Shown: positions 39,947-53,000, numbered from the stretch's first letter. The stretch: 64,000 nucleotides of DNA from Sminthopsis crassicaudata (GCF_048593235.1 NC_133619.1:313920454-313984453), one strand, 5' to 3'. The notes: a model not told the origin generated them from the sequence alone. Program-made: numbers and translations.

Positions 39947-40385
39947 CATTTTTGAAAATAATTTTTTTCAATTAATGAAAATGTGATTTCTTTCCCTCTC
40001 AATTCCTTCTCTTTAAAAATAAAAAAAAAATCTTTATTAAAAATTATAAATAATCAAGCAAAAAAATTCTCATAATGCCCATGTCTAAAAAATATGTTTT
40101 CATCTATCCTCTGAGGTGAGAAGCATGTTTCAATGAGTCCTCTGAATTTATGGTGAGTCATATTTATCAGATTTCTTGAGGCTTTTAAAAATATTTACCT
40201 TTACACTATTATTTCAATAAGTATTTATTAAGTACTTACAATGTTCCAAATACACCGGAAAGTGCTAGAAACACAAAGATTAAAAAAAAGAAAACAGGTC
40301 TTGTTCTTTACTAAGTTAAATTTGCTTCTATGGCATATACTATCTAAGCCTATGTATTTGAAGTATAGGATAAATTGATCAGAAG
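39947..40385 (+). repeat. Arm 1 of a near-identical inverted duplication (partner 42143-42579)
   Basis: e.g. gcctatgtatttgaagtatagga at ~40348 versus tcctatacttcaaatacataggc at ~42157; colinear over ~440 bp. Confidence 0.95.
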
Positions 40386-40467
40386 ATTTGTGTTTCAGTT
40401 CCACCTCTGACACTTAGTAGCAGTGTGAAACTGAACAAAGCATCTACTTTCTTTGAACATGTGTTAA

Positions 40468-40770
40468 CTGATTTGTCCCTTCCACATCTAGGGGATTAGG
40501 GCTGTGGTACTCCTACTTTCCAGGATCTGGAAAATCTCTAAAAATTTTTGTCCCTCCCTTTGTAACAGAGAAGAAATCTGAATCTTTTTTTTTCCCCCCA
40601 CTTGATTGTGAAATTTGGTTATAGGCCAAATTGTTGCCTTCTGGCTTTTACATGTCATTTGCAGCTTCTGTAAAAATTCTCCAAAAATTCCAATGTAATT
40701 TCTTATGCTAACTTATGATATATCAAAACTACAATGAGGAAAGTTGGAATGGAAGAGATAACTGTACTTA
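40468..40770. mobile_element. Probable Tigger/mariner-type MITE
   Basis: Left end ttgtcccttccacatc and right end gaatggaagagataactgta form degenerate terminal inverted repeats ending in TA. Confidence 0.55.
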
Positions 40771-42142
40771 CACTATTTACTTCATCATCTTATCAGTGTT
40801 CTTATTCAAGAATCTTATCAGTGGTTTTTGTTCATTTTTGTTTTTAGAAAAAAGATTCATGAAACTTAAAGTGCTAGATAGAGATGAACTGTCTTTAGAA
40901 GACATGTACACAAATAGCTCTCACAAAATAGAAAATTAAAAATAAAATTAAAAAACTGAGGTATTCTGCTCGAGGAATTACAATATTCAAAAAAAGCTTT
41001 AAAAAACATTATGAGTAATAGTATCATTGCAGGGGAAATGTTTAACCAATCAATTAAAAAGCATTATTAAAATAAATTGAAAGCACACTCACTATGTGCC
41101 AAGCATTGTAACTGGCAAGTATAATTACACTAACCCAAGGTAATTATTTTAAAAGACAACTTTCATTTGAAGGTCTTTCCTAGAAAGTTGTTTCTTCCTA
41201 CCAACCTGTTTTTCCCCAGAGGATCTCAATTATCACAGTATTTAAGAGTTGTGAGGGATCTCACTAAAATTCCCTCTACAGTGGTTTCCAATAAGTGGTT
41301 ACTTTGCCTTTGCTTAAAGATCACTAATAAAAGAGAATTTACTACTTTCCCAGAAAGTCAATTGTATTTTAAAAATTTTGTTTTTCAGGTAAAAAAAAAT
41401 ATCAAATTTCTTTTCCTCTCACTCCTTTTCTTAAAAAAAGGAAATAGAAACTAAACCCTTATGGCAAATATATGTGGTCAAATAGTGTAAATACTTTTAT
41501 TGGCTACGTCCTAAAAATAAGTATATGTCTCAATCTATAGACTGAAATTTCATTATCTTTCTGTCAGGAGGGTAACATGTTTCATCATGAAGAATTGTGA
41601 TTGAACTTTGCACTGATCAGAATTCTTAAGTCTTTGAAAAGTTGTTGGTCTTTACAGTCTTGTTATTGTATTAATTAATCCTCTGGTCCAACTTACTTTA
41701 TTCTCTAACAGTTCATATAACACTTTCCAGGCTTCTCTGAAACTACCCTGTTCATAATTTCTTAGGTCACAAAATAATTTGCTCTCATTATGTCAGAGAC
41801 CATAAACTCACTGCATTTTTAGATAGCTCCAATCTTTTAGATATTTTTTCATACAATATCATTTTCTCCTTCATATGTTCTGCCCAACTATTCCTATTTC
41901 TTCCCTCCGAAATGAAGCAGAATAAATTTCTCTTCCAGGTGCACTAACAATTAGCAAAATTCTGTGTGCTTTTTTCTGAAAATTATCTGATCACTATTAT
42001 TAAAAACACAACTAATTTTCATATGAAGTCATGGATTGTTGAAGTAATGGTTTTTGTTGTTTTTTTTTCCCCCTTAATTACGTCATGAGATAGAATGAAT
42101 GAAACTACTAAAAAAATGCATCTTTCAAGATAACAATTAAAA

Positions 42143-42668
42143 ATCTGGCCAATTAATCCTATACTTCAAATACATAGGCTTAGATAAGTATATGCCATAG
42201 AAGCAAATTTAACTTAGTAAAGAACAAGACCTGTTTTCTTTTTTTTAATCTTTGTGTTTCTAGCACTTTCCGGTATATTTGGAACATTGTAAGTACTTAA
42301 TAAATACTTATTGAAATAATAGTGTAAAGGTAAATATTTTAAAAGCCTCAAGAAATCTGATAAATATGACTCACCATAAATTCAGAGGACTCATTGAAAC
42401 ATGCTTCTCACCTCAGAGGATAGATGAAAACATATTTTTTTAGACATGGCCATTATGAGAATTTTTTTTGCTTGACTATTTATAATTTTAATACAGGTTT
42501 TTTTTATTTTTAAAGAGAAGGAATTGAGAGGGAAAGAAATCACATTTTCATTAATTGAAAAAAATTATTTTCAAAAATGGCTATGTCCAAATAATATAAA
42601 TATTTATGTACATGGCTGACTGAACTAAGTTCACTCACTGCATTTTTGAAAATAATTTTTTTCAATTA
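42143..42668 (-). repeat. Arm 2 of the inverted duplication (42143-42579) followed by a direct copy of 39884-39974 (42579-42668)
   Basis: Reverse complement of 39947-40385, then ggctatgtccaaataatataaatatttatgtacatg...cactgcatttttgaaaataattttt. Confidence 0.95.
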
Positions 42669-42711
42669 TGATTTCCTTGTGTGTCTAGTAAACTGGCACT
42701 GAAGGGAATTC

Positions 42712-42829
42712 CTAAAGATTTCTTTTTTTTAAGCTTTTTTATTATAGGTTTTTATTTACAAGATATATGCATGGGTCATTTTACAGCATTGACAATTGCC
42801 AAACCTTTTGTTCCAATCTAAAGATTTCT
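42712..42829 (-). mobile_element. Severely 5'-truncated L1 (~94 bp of 3' end) with 12-bp TSD
   Basis: TSD ctaaagatttct at 42712-42723 and 42818-42829 flanks ttttttattatagg...atatgcatgggtcatttt...aaaccttttgttccaa. Confidence 0.85.
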
Positions 42830-43449
42830 AAAGAAAGAAAAAAGCAGAGGCAGCACTGTTGCAATAGGTATACATTCTCTCACAGTAATTACTTTAAAAG
42901 GAACCACATTCATTTGAATGTACAAATTCTAGTAACAAAAAAATCAATTTCATCACTTTACAGTCCTACCACATTATCAATAATATAATCTACTTCCACC
43001 TATAATTTTTAATTTTGAGTAAATGGAAATTGTGTAAGATTTGGCCCAGAATCTCTCCCCGAATAAAGCATTCAATACAACACTCCAGAATATGTGATGC
43101 CCCAAGTTTGTCACCTATACTTTTCTTCTTTATATAAATTATCTCTAAAAATACATGGTCTTTTCAAGAGGAGATCTTTCAAATAGTGTGAACTCACCAC
43201 ATAATCTACTGAAAATAACAATCAGAATAATTTTTTTGTTTGTTTTTTGAGAGTTTTCTGTGAGAATTCAGGAAAAAAAGAAATCAAGACCTTTTGCTAG
43301 ACATTATAAATTGTAATTTGTATTCCATGGCTAAAAATCTTGGAGAAAAAGAAAAAAGTTAAAATGAAATACAACTTTTGCTCAAATGCTACTTCAGAAA
43401 GTAATACATCTTGTACAAATTTTAAGAATGAAAAAATAAAATACCACAC

Positions 43450-43686
43450 CTGGGAATGCTCATTAATTTTGGTATTTTCCAAATGTCTTCTTGGTTCTTT
43501 CACTTTCACTTTCTTCCTAACATTTGTCTGTGGAATTTTATCTTCTGAAACATAACTTGGAGTTGAGACTGATTTTGATCTTCTCCTTTTGTGGCTCAAA
43601 TGTCTGGCCCAAACCACTGAGGAGGAGTTGGCATCTCGTTCCGAAGCATCTCTTTGAGGCACAAATGTCCTGGACTTGGCATATTC
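43450..43686 (-). CDS. MORC1: MORC1 linker exon EYAKSRTFVPQ...HKRRRSKSVSTPSYVSEDKIP...NTKINEHSQ
   Basis: Branch-like ttctaat plus acceptor tgttatttaag, donor CAG|gtgtgg; 237 nt, open, phase 0 to 0; basic KRRR stretch; ends in SQ like the recalled human counterpart. Confidence 0.85.
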
Positions 43687-43824
43687 CTTAAATAACAATT
43701 AGAACAACTTTTTCTCAAATGTGAAAAGTTGGACTGGCTAAAAAGAAATCCATTGGAAATCATTAATTCAGGATTCAGGGACAAGATTCTTTTCTTTTTA
43801 TGCTGACAGGTCATTGAGAATAGA

Positions 43825-44205
43825 TTAAAGAAAATGAAAGTTTGGAGAAGAGAAGACTTGAGGAGAGAGTTCCATATAATAGCTGGTTTCAAATATTTGG
43901 TATTTCAAATATGTCATGCTGTCATGCTGAAAGGGGGACTAGCTTTGCTCTATTTGAACTCAATGTTAGAACTGGGAGCAAATAGTGGAAAATATAGAGA
44001 CAAATTTAGGTGTGATGGAATGAAGGTCTTACAATTAAGACTGTTAAAGAAGGATGAGAAAGGAAAAATGTGTTCCTGTTCCCTGAAGACTGGATGATAG
44101 CTTGAACCTCATATCACCTCTCCAGGGCTTTAAAGAGGAGATCATTGCTCATAAAAGTGTTGGCAAAGATGTTTCTGAGCTCCCTTCACACTCTGGGATC
44201 CTGAG
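43825..44205 (+). mobile_element. CR1/L3 LINE 3' end
   Basis: ttggagaagagaagacttgagg (LEKRRLR-like) ... gctggtttcaaatattt ... gagctcccttc. Confidence 0.7.
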
Positions 44206-44798
44206 ATGTGTGTCCCTGACATCTTCCATATAAGTATTCTCCATAAAAGAATGTTTATTAAATAAATGGATTAGGCCATTCCAATTTTGCTCTCCATCTT
44301 ATGGACTGAATCTGCACTCCTTTTTTTAAAAGAAGAATTAGATATATTAAAGAGAGATCTCAAAGGCAGATTAACAATGAAGTTGTCAGAAGAAGTAGAA
44401 AAACACTGCAAAAAGTTGAGGGGAATGAAGAGAAGAAAGATAGTTAGCAATTTGTGCTTTTGGAATTCCCCATTCACAGAGATCTCTAGAAGGTACCTGT
44501 TTGGAATGGGATGGATATTTTGGACTATGGAAAATTTCATATAAGCTTGCTAATTTATTTAGGAGAATAGGTCAATACAGGAATTTTCAAGTTTATTTCA
44601 GAAAAGCAGTAAATTAGGAAATAGGAATATCTGTTGTTTCTATTTCTGACTCCTGTGATGATCTCCAGTGAGTCAATGAAATCTACTGATGTTGCTAAAT
44701 CTCATAAAAAAGGATCAAGTTTAATGCTAAATAATGTTTATCATCCCTTATTTATAAAACATGATACAAATACAAGCAATATAATTGAATTTGCTTAC

Positions 44799-44867
44799 CT
44801 TTGGAGCTGAAGCTTGGGAGCTGGGAAGGAATTCTGTGGTTTTATTTGCTGGCACCAAGTAAGAGTT
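44799..44867 (-). CDS. MORC1: MORC1 linker exon NSYLVPANKTTEFLPSSQASAPK
   Basis: Acceptor ttggctttcttatag, donor AAG|gtaagc; 69 nt, phase 0 to 0; size and position fit the short linker exon recalled for human (PQFIPVDEITVTSTCLTSAHK). Confidence 0.85.
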
Positions 44868-45249
44868 CTATAAGAAAGCCAACAGCTGGATAAGTATGAA
44901 AATAAAAAACCTTTTTTCTTTGGCTCTTGTCTGTTTTCCATTGTTAAAATATGGGGATCATTAAGACAATGCAGAGCCATAAACCACTGCTTTAATCCTA
45001 AATCTACCAACTTGGTTTTGTGTTTATGGATGAAACCAATAATTATTGGTTTCATCACACCAGGCAAAATGTCAGGAGAGAGTGTGGTGCCATTAAAAGA
45101 GGCATCAGATTTTGAGTCAGAAGAACTGAAATCCAGTCTCAATTTTGTCACTTACTATGTGTGTGATTACAAACAAGACATTTAATCTCACTGAACTTCA
45201 GGTTTTTCCCATGTAAAAAGAGGGAATTGGACTAAATGACTTGTTATGT

Positions 45250-45760
45250 CTGAATAGGAATCTCAAAGCTAGCATTTCCAAAACAGAATTCATTATCTTT
45301 TTACCTCTTCCCAATTTCCTTTACTGTTGGGAATAGTAAGGTTTTCTTCAGTCAGCTTGGTTTACAACCTCATAGTCATAATGAATTCTTCACTCTCTCT
45401 CACTCTTCTTTCCCACCCTCCCTCCCCAATCTAATCATATTGATTGTACTTTTCCACCATCTACTTATGTTTATTCTCTTTTCTCAACTAGAGTCCACCA
45501 TACAAGTTCAGGCTCTTATTAATTCTCACTTGACATATGTACTCTAATAACTTCCTAATTGGTTATCCTGACTCAAATCTTTCCTCCCCTCAATCCATGC
45601 TCCACATAGCTGCTAAAATGATATTCCTGAAGTAGAAGCTGACAGTGTCACCCTTCTATTTAACATTTAAAGACCTTCCTAATTTATTATACATTCTGTC
45701 CCTTTACTCACTCCAAAATCTGGCCAAACCATCCTACTTGCAGTCTCTTGCACATAATAT
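45250..45760 (+). mobile_element. L2 LINE fragment
   Basis: aacagaattcattatcttt...ttcactctctcactc...caatccatgctccacatagctgctaaaatgatattcctga. Confidence 0.7.
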
Positions 45761-45844
45761 TCCATTTATCCCTTCATGCATGAGAGGTATTTCTTTTCGA
45801 CATCTACCATAAGAATCTGAATCTTACTTCAAAGGAATGTAAGA

Positions 45845-46445
45845 TGGATATAAAGAAATGGATATCACCCTATCACTTGTGGGGAATGATTGAATAAGTT
45901 CTGGTATATGAGTGTTCTAGAATATATTGTTCTGTAAGAAAGGTCCAGCAGGATGATTTCAGAGAGGCCTGGAGACACTTACATGAATTGATACTAAGTG
46001 AAGTGAGCAGAATCAGGATATCATTGTACACAGCAGTTACAAGATTATAGGATGATCAGTTCTGATGGACATGGGTCTTTTCAATGTCTAGGTGATTGAG
46101 GTCAGTTCCAATAGTCTTGTGATGGAGAGAGCCATCTGCACCCAGAGAGAGGACTGTAGGGAACTGAGTGTGGATCATAACACAGCATTTTCCCTCTTTG
46201 TTGTTTGCTTTTTGTTTTCTTTCTCATTTTCTTCCTTTTGATCTAATTTTTCTTATGCAGCATGATTATTGTGGGGATATGTATACAAAAACTGTATATG
46301 TTTAATATATTTTGGATTACTTGCCATCTAGAGGAGGGGATGGGGGAAAGAGAGGGGGGAAAATTGCAATACAAGATTTTGCAATGGTTAATGTTAAAAA
46401 TTATCCATGTATATGTTTTGAAAATAAAAGGTTTATTTTTTTTTA
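45845..46445 (+). mobile_element. L1 3' end
   Basis: ccagcaggatgatttcagagaggcctggagacacttacatgaattgatactaagtgaagtgagcagaatcagg...aataaaagg. Confidence 0.85.
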
Positions 46446-47624
46446 AAGAGCTAATAAATTCAAATGAATAAATAAATAAAGAAAATGAACATCAGAAGTA
46501 GAGATGACTTCAGGACTTGGCAATGCAAGGAAGGAGAGAGAGAGGATAATGAAAGAATTTTGGAGTCAAGTAGTGACGTGTTTAAGTAGGTAATTTTTTT
46601 TCTTGAAGAATGGGTGAGATGAGACCATATTTGCTAATTTTGAAGGAGTGAGTAAACAGACAATTTGTTCCTTTCTCCCTTAAATTTTAGCAGTTACTCT
46701 CACAGAAAATTGTTTTGAGGTATCCTTTAAAAAAATCAGTGTATTTACCAAAAAGATAAATTTTTAAATCTTTCTTATATTAACAAAATCCCTCAATTAG
46801 CCAAGTACCTCTCTGAAAATATGGCATTTTCTAACACCATACACTGACATGATTGACAGACATGGCAAAACATTAAGAAAATAAGATTAGACAATTAAGG
46901 AAAGAAACCTTTATATAGATACCAGAGCCACGCTACTATAAAATCTTGCACTTAGAAGAGGTCTTTAAAGTCATGTAGCCCAGCCTCCCATGTTACATAA
47001 AGATGGTTTGTACTATATTCTTTCTATCATTCTTTGTGACAGAGGGGTAATTCATAATTTCAAAAATAATAGCTGGCACTTATATAGCACTTGATGATTT
47101 TAAATGCACTTTACAAATATGATCTCATTATTTCAGAAAACAGATGGAGTATAAAAGATACTGGTCACAGCAATTAAGAAACGCAATTCTGAATCTGCAC
47201 TTTAGCACTAACTAGTACAAATTATCTGAGTCTCAGTTTTTTCATCTGTAGAACAAGGGAGATTGATTAGAGAAGAAATTTAGAGCTAGAAGGCACTTTA
47301 GAGTTCATTTAGTTGATTCCCCTCCCCCATTTTTTCAGATGAGGAAATGCAGCTCAAGTAATTAAATCAATCAAGGTCATAGAGCTAGAAAGAGTTAAGG
47401 GTAAGATTTTAACCTGAGGCTGGTGATTACAGTCAAGTCCTTTACATTGTTCTAGCCTAGGATTTCTTAAACTTTTTCTACAAACAATCCCTTTTTGTCC
47501 AAAAAATTTATATGTCATCCCAAAAGGTATACAAATCAAACATTTACTGATAATTAATTATAATTTTGAGACCCCCCACATTCAGAAGTCACAATCCAAA
47601 CTTTGTCCTATATTATGTCTGTGG

Positions 47625-47860
47625 CAGCAAGATGGTGCCATAGTGCAAATAAGGCCAGGCCTGGCATCTACCTAAGTTCAAATTTAGCCTCAGCCTCTTA
47701 TAGGCTGTGTGACTCTGGGTAAGTCACTTAACCCTCTTTACCTCAGTTTTCTCATCTGTATAATGAGGTGAGAAAGAAATAGCAAACCACTCTAGTATCT
47801 CTGAAAAAGAAACCCCCAAATAAGATAATGGAGTCAGATAAGACTGAAATAACTGAACAA
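47625..47860 (+). mobile_element. MAR1-type CORE-SINE
   Basis: gttcaaatttagcctcag...ggtaagtcacttaaccct...gagaaagaaatagcaaaccactctagtatctctg...gactgaaataactgaacaa. Confidence 0.75.
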
Positions 47861-48939
47861 AAAAGATCATATTTATTAAGGATTTTTTTAGCCCTAACAA
47901 TCCATATAAACTCATTCCATGCATATTGCACAGTGACTATTTTGGGTACATATAATTAAATCACTTTATGTACAAACCATTTTGCACATATCTAAGGTAA
48001 ATGAGGTTGTCCTATGTTAAAAACTTACTCATTCACAAAAAATGATTTGTCTTTCCTCAGCTACACACAAATAGGAAAATAAAGAACCACTGGGCTAGAT
48101 TTACTACAGACATACGTTGTTATAGCCCCCAAGCAATTAATCTAGAAGGCTGCAGCCACATTTTATCTCAATTACTCTTGGTCATAAAGGCAAACAAAAT
48201 TCCCTAGTCTGAGCAACCCAATTTAAAAACAAAAGCAAAAACAAAAACAAAAAACAGCACATCAGAATAGAGATGACTTTTTTCTGCCTAGAATGTAGTT
48301 CCTAAGAAATCTCTTTTCCTCTTACAAAAACATGTTTATAAAAATGTATGTTATAGGGATGCAAATTTTTGCTAACATAAACATAAAGTGAGTCAGAAGT
48401 CCCTATGCAGATTGCTTTTTTGCATAGCTTTGGAGGGCCTTTCTGGTCAACACATTTTTACTTTTATTTTTAGCAGTTAATTTATGGCAATTCACACTGA
48501 GCTATTTATTTATTTGAGTTCCCTGTGTATAATTTTACTTTGAAAACCCAGAAAAATCTGTACCTGCAAGCCCTCCCCTTTCTGCCCCATCCCACAAGTC
48601 CCTTACCCCAGGGCTTAAATTCAATTCTCATTTCTGATACTACCTGATCTGATTTTGTGGAAATTATTTAATCTCAATGGGCCTGTTTCCTCTTCTATAA
48701 AATGAGAGGCTTGGACTAGATAGTTTCTGAGATCTCTTACAATTCTAGGATCCTGTGCCTTATATGAAAAGTAGATTTAGTCATTGTGATTATTCTACAA
48801 TCTAGTTACTGCTTTTCTTCAAATCCTGTCTTTATTTCCATCTCAGCTATTCAAATAACAACTTTCTTCTTCTTAAAGTCTCCATTGTGTCTATGAACAT
48901 CAGAATTACAATTGTGCCCAAGAGCTATTCCACTGGATA

Positions 48940-49190
48940 ATTAGGTGGCACCATAATTCATAGTGTTAAGCCTGAAGTCAAGAAGACTCAACTTTCCAAG
49001 TTTCTGGCCCCAGATACTTACTAGCTATGTGACCCTTGGCAAGAAACTTTACTTTGTCTGCCTCAGTTCCTCAACTGTGAAATGAGCTGGAGAAGTAAGT
49101 AGGAAACCCCTCCAATGTCTTTGCTGAGAAGATCCCAAATGGGGTCACAAAGATTGGTTGGATACAATTTAAAGTGATTGAACAACAAAA
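48940..49190 (+). mobile_element. MAR1-type CORE-SINE
   Basis: ctagctatgtgacccttggc...atgagctggagaag...ccaaatggggtcacaaag...tgaacaacaaaa. Confidence 0.75.
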
Positions 49191-49299
49191 ACTTTCCTAC
49201 TAGATGATGTTAATACCCAATTTGCTGCTTATTCTTTTTATTTTATCTTTAAATTAATTAACTAATTAATCAATTGCTACTTATTCTTTTTTCCACTTA

Positions 49300-50050
49300 T
49301 TTTATTTATTTTTTAATACACATTGCTTTATGAGTCATGTTGGAAGAGAAAAATCAGAGCAAAAGGGAAAAACCATGGGAGAGAAAAAAAAAAAACAATA
49401 GAAAAACAAAGTGAACATAGCATGTATTGATTCATATTCAGTCTCCTTAACTCTTTTTCTGGATGCAGATGGCAGTTTCTGTCCAAAGTCTATTGGGACT
49501 GCTTTGAATCACTGAACCACTGAGAAGAACCAAGTCTTTCATAGTTGATCATCGTACATTCTTGTTGTTATTGTATACAATGTTTTCCTGGGTTTGCTTG
49601 TTTCACTCGGCATGTAAAACTTTCCAAGCCTATCTAAAGCTGCTGCAAACATTTTACATGTGGGTCCTTTTTTTCTTTTTATGATTTCTTTGGGATACAG
49701 ATCTAGTAGAGATACTGCTGGACCAAAGTGTATGCACAGTTTGATAGCCCTTTGGGTATAGTCCATATTGCTCTCCAGAATAATGAACCATCTTACAACT
49801 CTGTCAACAATGTATTAGTGTTCCAGCTTTCCCACATCCCTCCAACATTTATCATTATCTTCTTCTGTCATCTTGACCAGTCTGAGAGGTATGAAGTGGT
49901 ACCTCAGGATTGTTTTAATTTACATTTTTCTAATCAATAGTGATTTAGAGCATGTTTTCATATGACACCAGATAGCTTTAATTTTATCAGCTGAAAATTG
50001 TCTGTTCATAATCTTTGACCATTTATCAATTGGAGAATGACTTGTATTCT
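49300..50050 (-). mobile_element. L1 3' fragment
   Basis: ORF 49539-49766 (AIKLCIHFGPAVSLLDLYPKEII) is an L1 ORF2 C-terminal remnant. Confidence 0.85.
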
Positions 50051-53000
50051 TTTTAATGTAATTTTATGTAATTATTAAGTTATTTTATAATAATATTATT
50101 TTATATTTATGTTAAATCATTTAATTGATACTTCTGATCACCCTTTTGAGGATCCTGCCCATTCACTCTTTTACAATTCCCTTCCATCTTGAGGAAACTC
50201 TAAATCATAGGCTAGATTCTCATTTTATAGTGAAATAAGCACAAGCTGGGTATCAAAAGATGTTTTAAATACCAAATCTGTCACGAGCTACCTATAGAAA
50301 CTGAAACACATTTCTTAACCTTTGAGACCCTTGAGACAAATGGACTAGACTCAGATATCCTGTAATTATTTGAGTTACAAAAGATATCCCGAAGAAATGA
50401 AGCAGGCTGATCTCCTGTTTCAAACATTTACTAGGTAGGTGATTAACTCTGGACAAATCATTTAATTTGCTTCTGCCTCAGTTTCCTCATCTATAGCATA
50501 GGGATAATAATAATGTCTACCTTATAAGAGTGTGGGGAGGATAACATATGTAAAATATTTTGTAAATCTTAAAATGCTATATAAATGTGACCTATTATCA
50601 GGGGTGGATTGGGAAATGTGACTTATTGGGACAAAAATGCATCCATCTGCTCACTTTCAATCTGTGTTACTAGCAACTGAGATACAAGATTCACACCAAC
50701 AATCTAACAATTGCGTTTGGTCTTTAATTATTATTAAAATTATCAAGCCTATGAACATATAGCTTAAGCTCAGAAACATAGTATATCTCTGCTCTTCCCA
50801 TCCTGAACTCCAAGTAGTTTCATTTACTTTGCAGCCATTTTTCAGTGCTCTTAAAGATCAGGAGGTTTTATTATTTGCTTCAATTGTCCAATTCACAGAG
50901 AATAAAAGAGTTTAGACCTTAATGATTTCTTGATTTTTTTTTTTTAAGACAAGGAAATTAAGTGTTCAAGATCAGTGTCAGGGTAAAGGTTTGAACTTGT
51001 AAACTCCTTGACTTGAGGACCAATAGTTCAGAACTTCCCAGAAGAAACTTTTTTATATAGAAGAGAAAATAATTTAGGCAGACTAGTCAAGCGGTATTTA
51101 TTAAACACCTACTATGTGCTCAGCCCTGTACTTGGTATTGTGAAGAGTAAAGAATGCAGAAATAAAAGACAAGGCATCCATCTTAGATCATAGATTTTGA
51201 GCTGGCAGAGATCATAGAGGTCATAGAACACAGACATATAACTGAAAGGAAATTCAGGAAGCTTAAGTGACTTGCCCAAATTCAAACAAATGTAATTATC
51301 AGAAACGACATGAATACAGATCTTTTGACCCTGGAGCCAAGGATCTTTCCATTGTTATCATGCTGCTTCTTCAAGGCGTCTATTATATGTTCATATAAGT
51401 ACTTCCTTCTCTACTATTCTTTCTCTGATATGCTATGAGCATAAGACCCACAAGTGTGAATCTATTATGTATAATTCCTTCTGAAGAAGCAATGCATCAT
51501 TATAAGGAAAGAGGGACCTCTGTAGCAGAAGTAATAAAGCAAGATATTTCAACCACACTGTGCATAATAGCCTCTTCTTAGACACAGCCCTTGAGGTGTC
51601 ATAAATTCTGGACCATGGCAGCATATGCAAGAAGGTTGTGGAATGCATTCAATACAGAAATACATCATTTTTGCCATCTTATACATCTAAAGTCTCAAAA
51701 TCATATACAATGGCTACATATTAAAAATATTAAATCCCAAATGAGAAAAATATATACACTTTCCTTATCACTAAACAGGTCTCAGATATGCCATTCCAAT
51801 TTGGGAAATACTATTAAAATTTCAGCAAGCCTTCATTTTATTCTACCCTTTGCAGCCAAACAATCTACTTGGGAATTATTGGATTATACTGTTTCATTTT
51901 GTATGTCTACATCAGCATTAGAAAAAATGGTCATTTGACATTTCAGCTGGGAAAAATTCTAGAGCCTTTATAAGGATTTTTGCTCATTGTCCAGACTATG
52001 AAAAAGATAAATGAGATTAACATATACACTATGCTCCTGTCCAAGTTCCACACTTCATTTCTATCAAATAATAGAATATATTATATCTTAAAAATTTGTC
52101 CAGAATTTGGACACTGAATAGAGTTCCACATACCAATTTTACCAGACACTGATGCAAATAGATCCATAATTCTAAGATATATACACCAAAAAGTACTCCT
52201 TTTCTGAAGTTACTTTTCATTTATATATTATATACTCATTTATCTAGATGTTAAATGTACACTATAGCAGAAAACAGGCTCCTAAGGTCACAAACTAATT
52301 CAGCTAATGTAGATGAATACCTAGTTGATCCTTAATAATTCTTGATAAAAAGTAGATAGTTATCTTTTGGTAAAGGGCAAATGATTGAACAGCAGCAATA
52401 AATCTTTTGGTGAATGAAAAAAACAAATTGTGGTAGATGAATAAAATGGAATATGACTTCACTGTCAGAAAAAGATAAAGATAAAAAAATTCAGAGAAGA
52501 ATGGCATTGGAGGGGCAATGTCTAGGACAGGTACTGATGATGTTCAATTATAGTCATGGCCAACTCTTTGTGATGCAATGGACCATAACATCCTAATGCT
52601 GTCCGAGGGGTTTCCCTGATAAAGATACTGGTGTGGTTTGCCATTTCATTCTCTAATAGATTAAGGCAAACAGGATTAAGTGCCTTAACCAGGAGGACAT
52701 GATAGTAAGTGTCTGAAACTAGATTGAACTCAGATCTTCCTTCCATATCCTTGCTCAGTTGAATGTAAATGCCCAGTGCACAAGAAATCTCAGTTAATGA
52801 GTGTCCCTGTGCCCTGTGTGTTAACAGATACATCTTAGCTAAATCTCCTTTTCACACTATTGATAAATAAATTCCTTTTGTTAAATGTTATGGGGTCTAC
52901 AAATGTCTCTTTTGTTCCAATATGAAGACTGAACCACTAGGCTGATCTCAGTCAAGCTTGATAGAAACTAAGGAAAGACTGATAAGGAGAAAGTAGAACC

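Noticed and set aside
52120-52165. 38-nt minus-strand pseudo-exon with a gtatgt donor.
   Set aside because: Would break the frame between two phase-0 exons and has no homology support.
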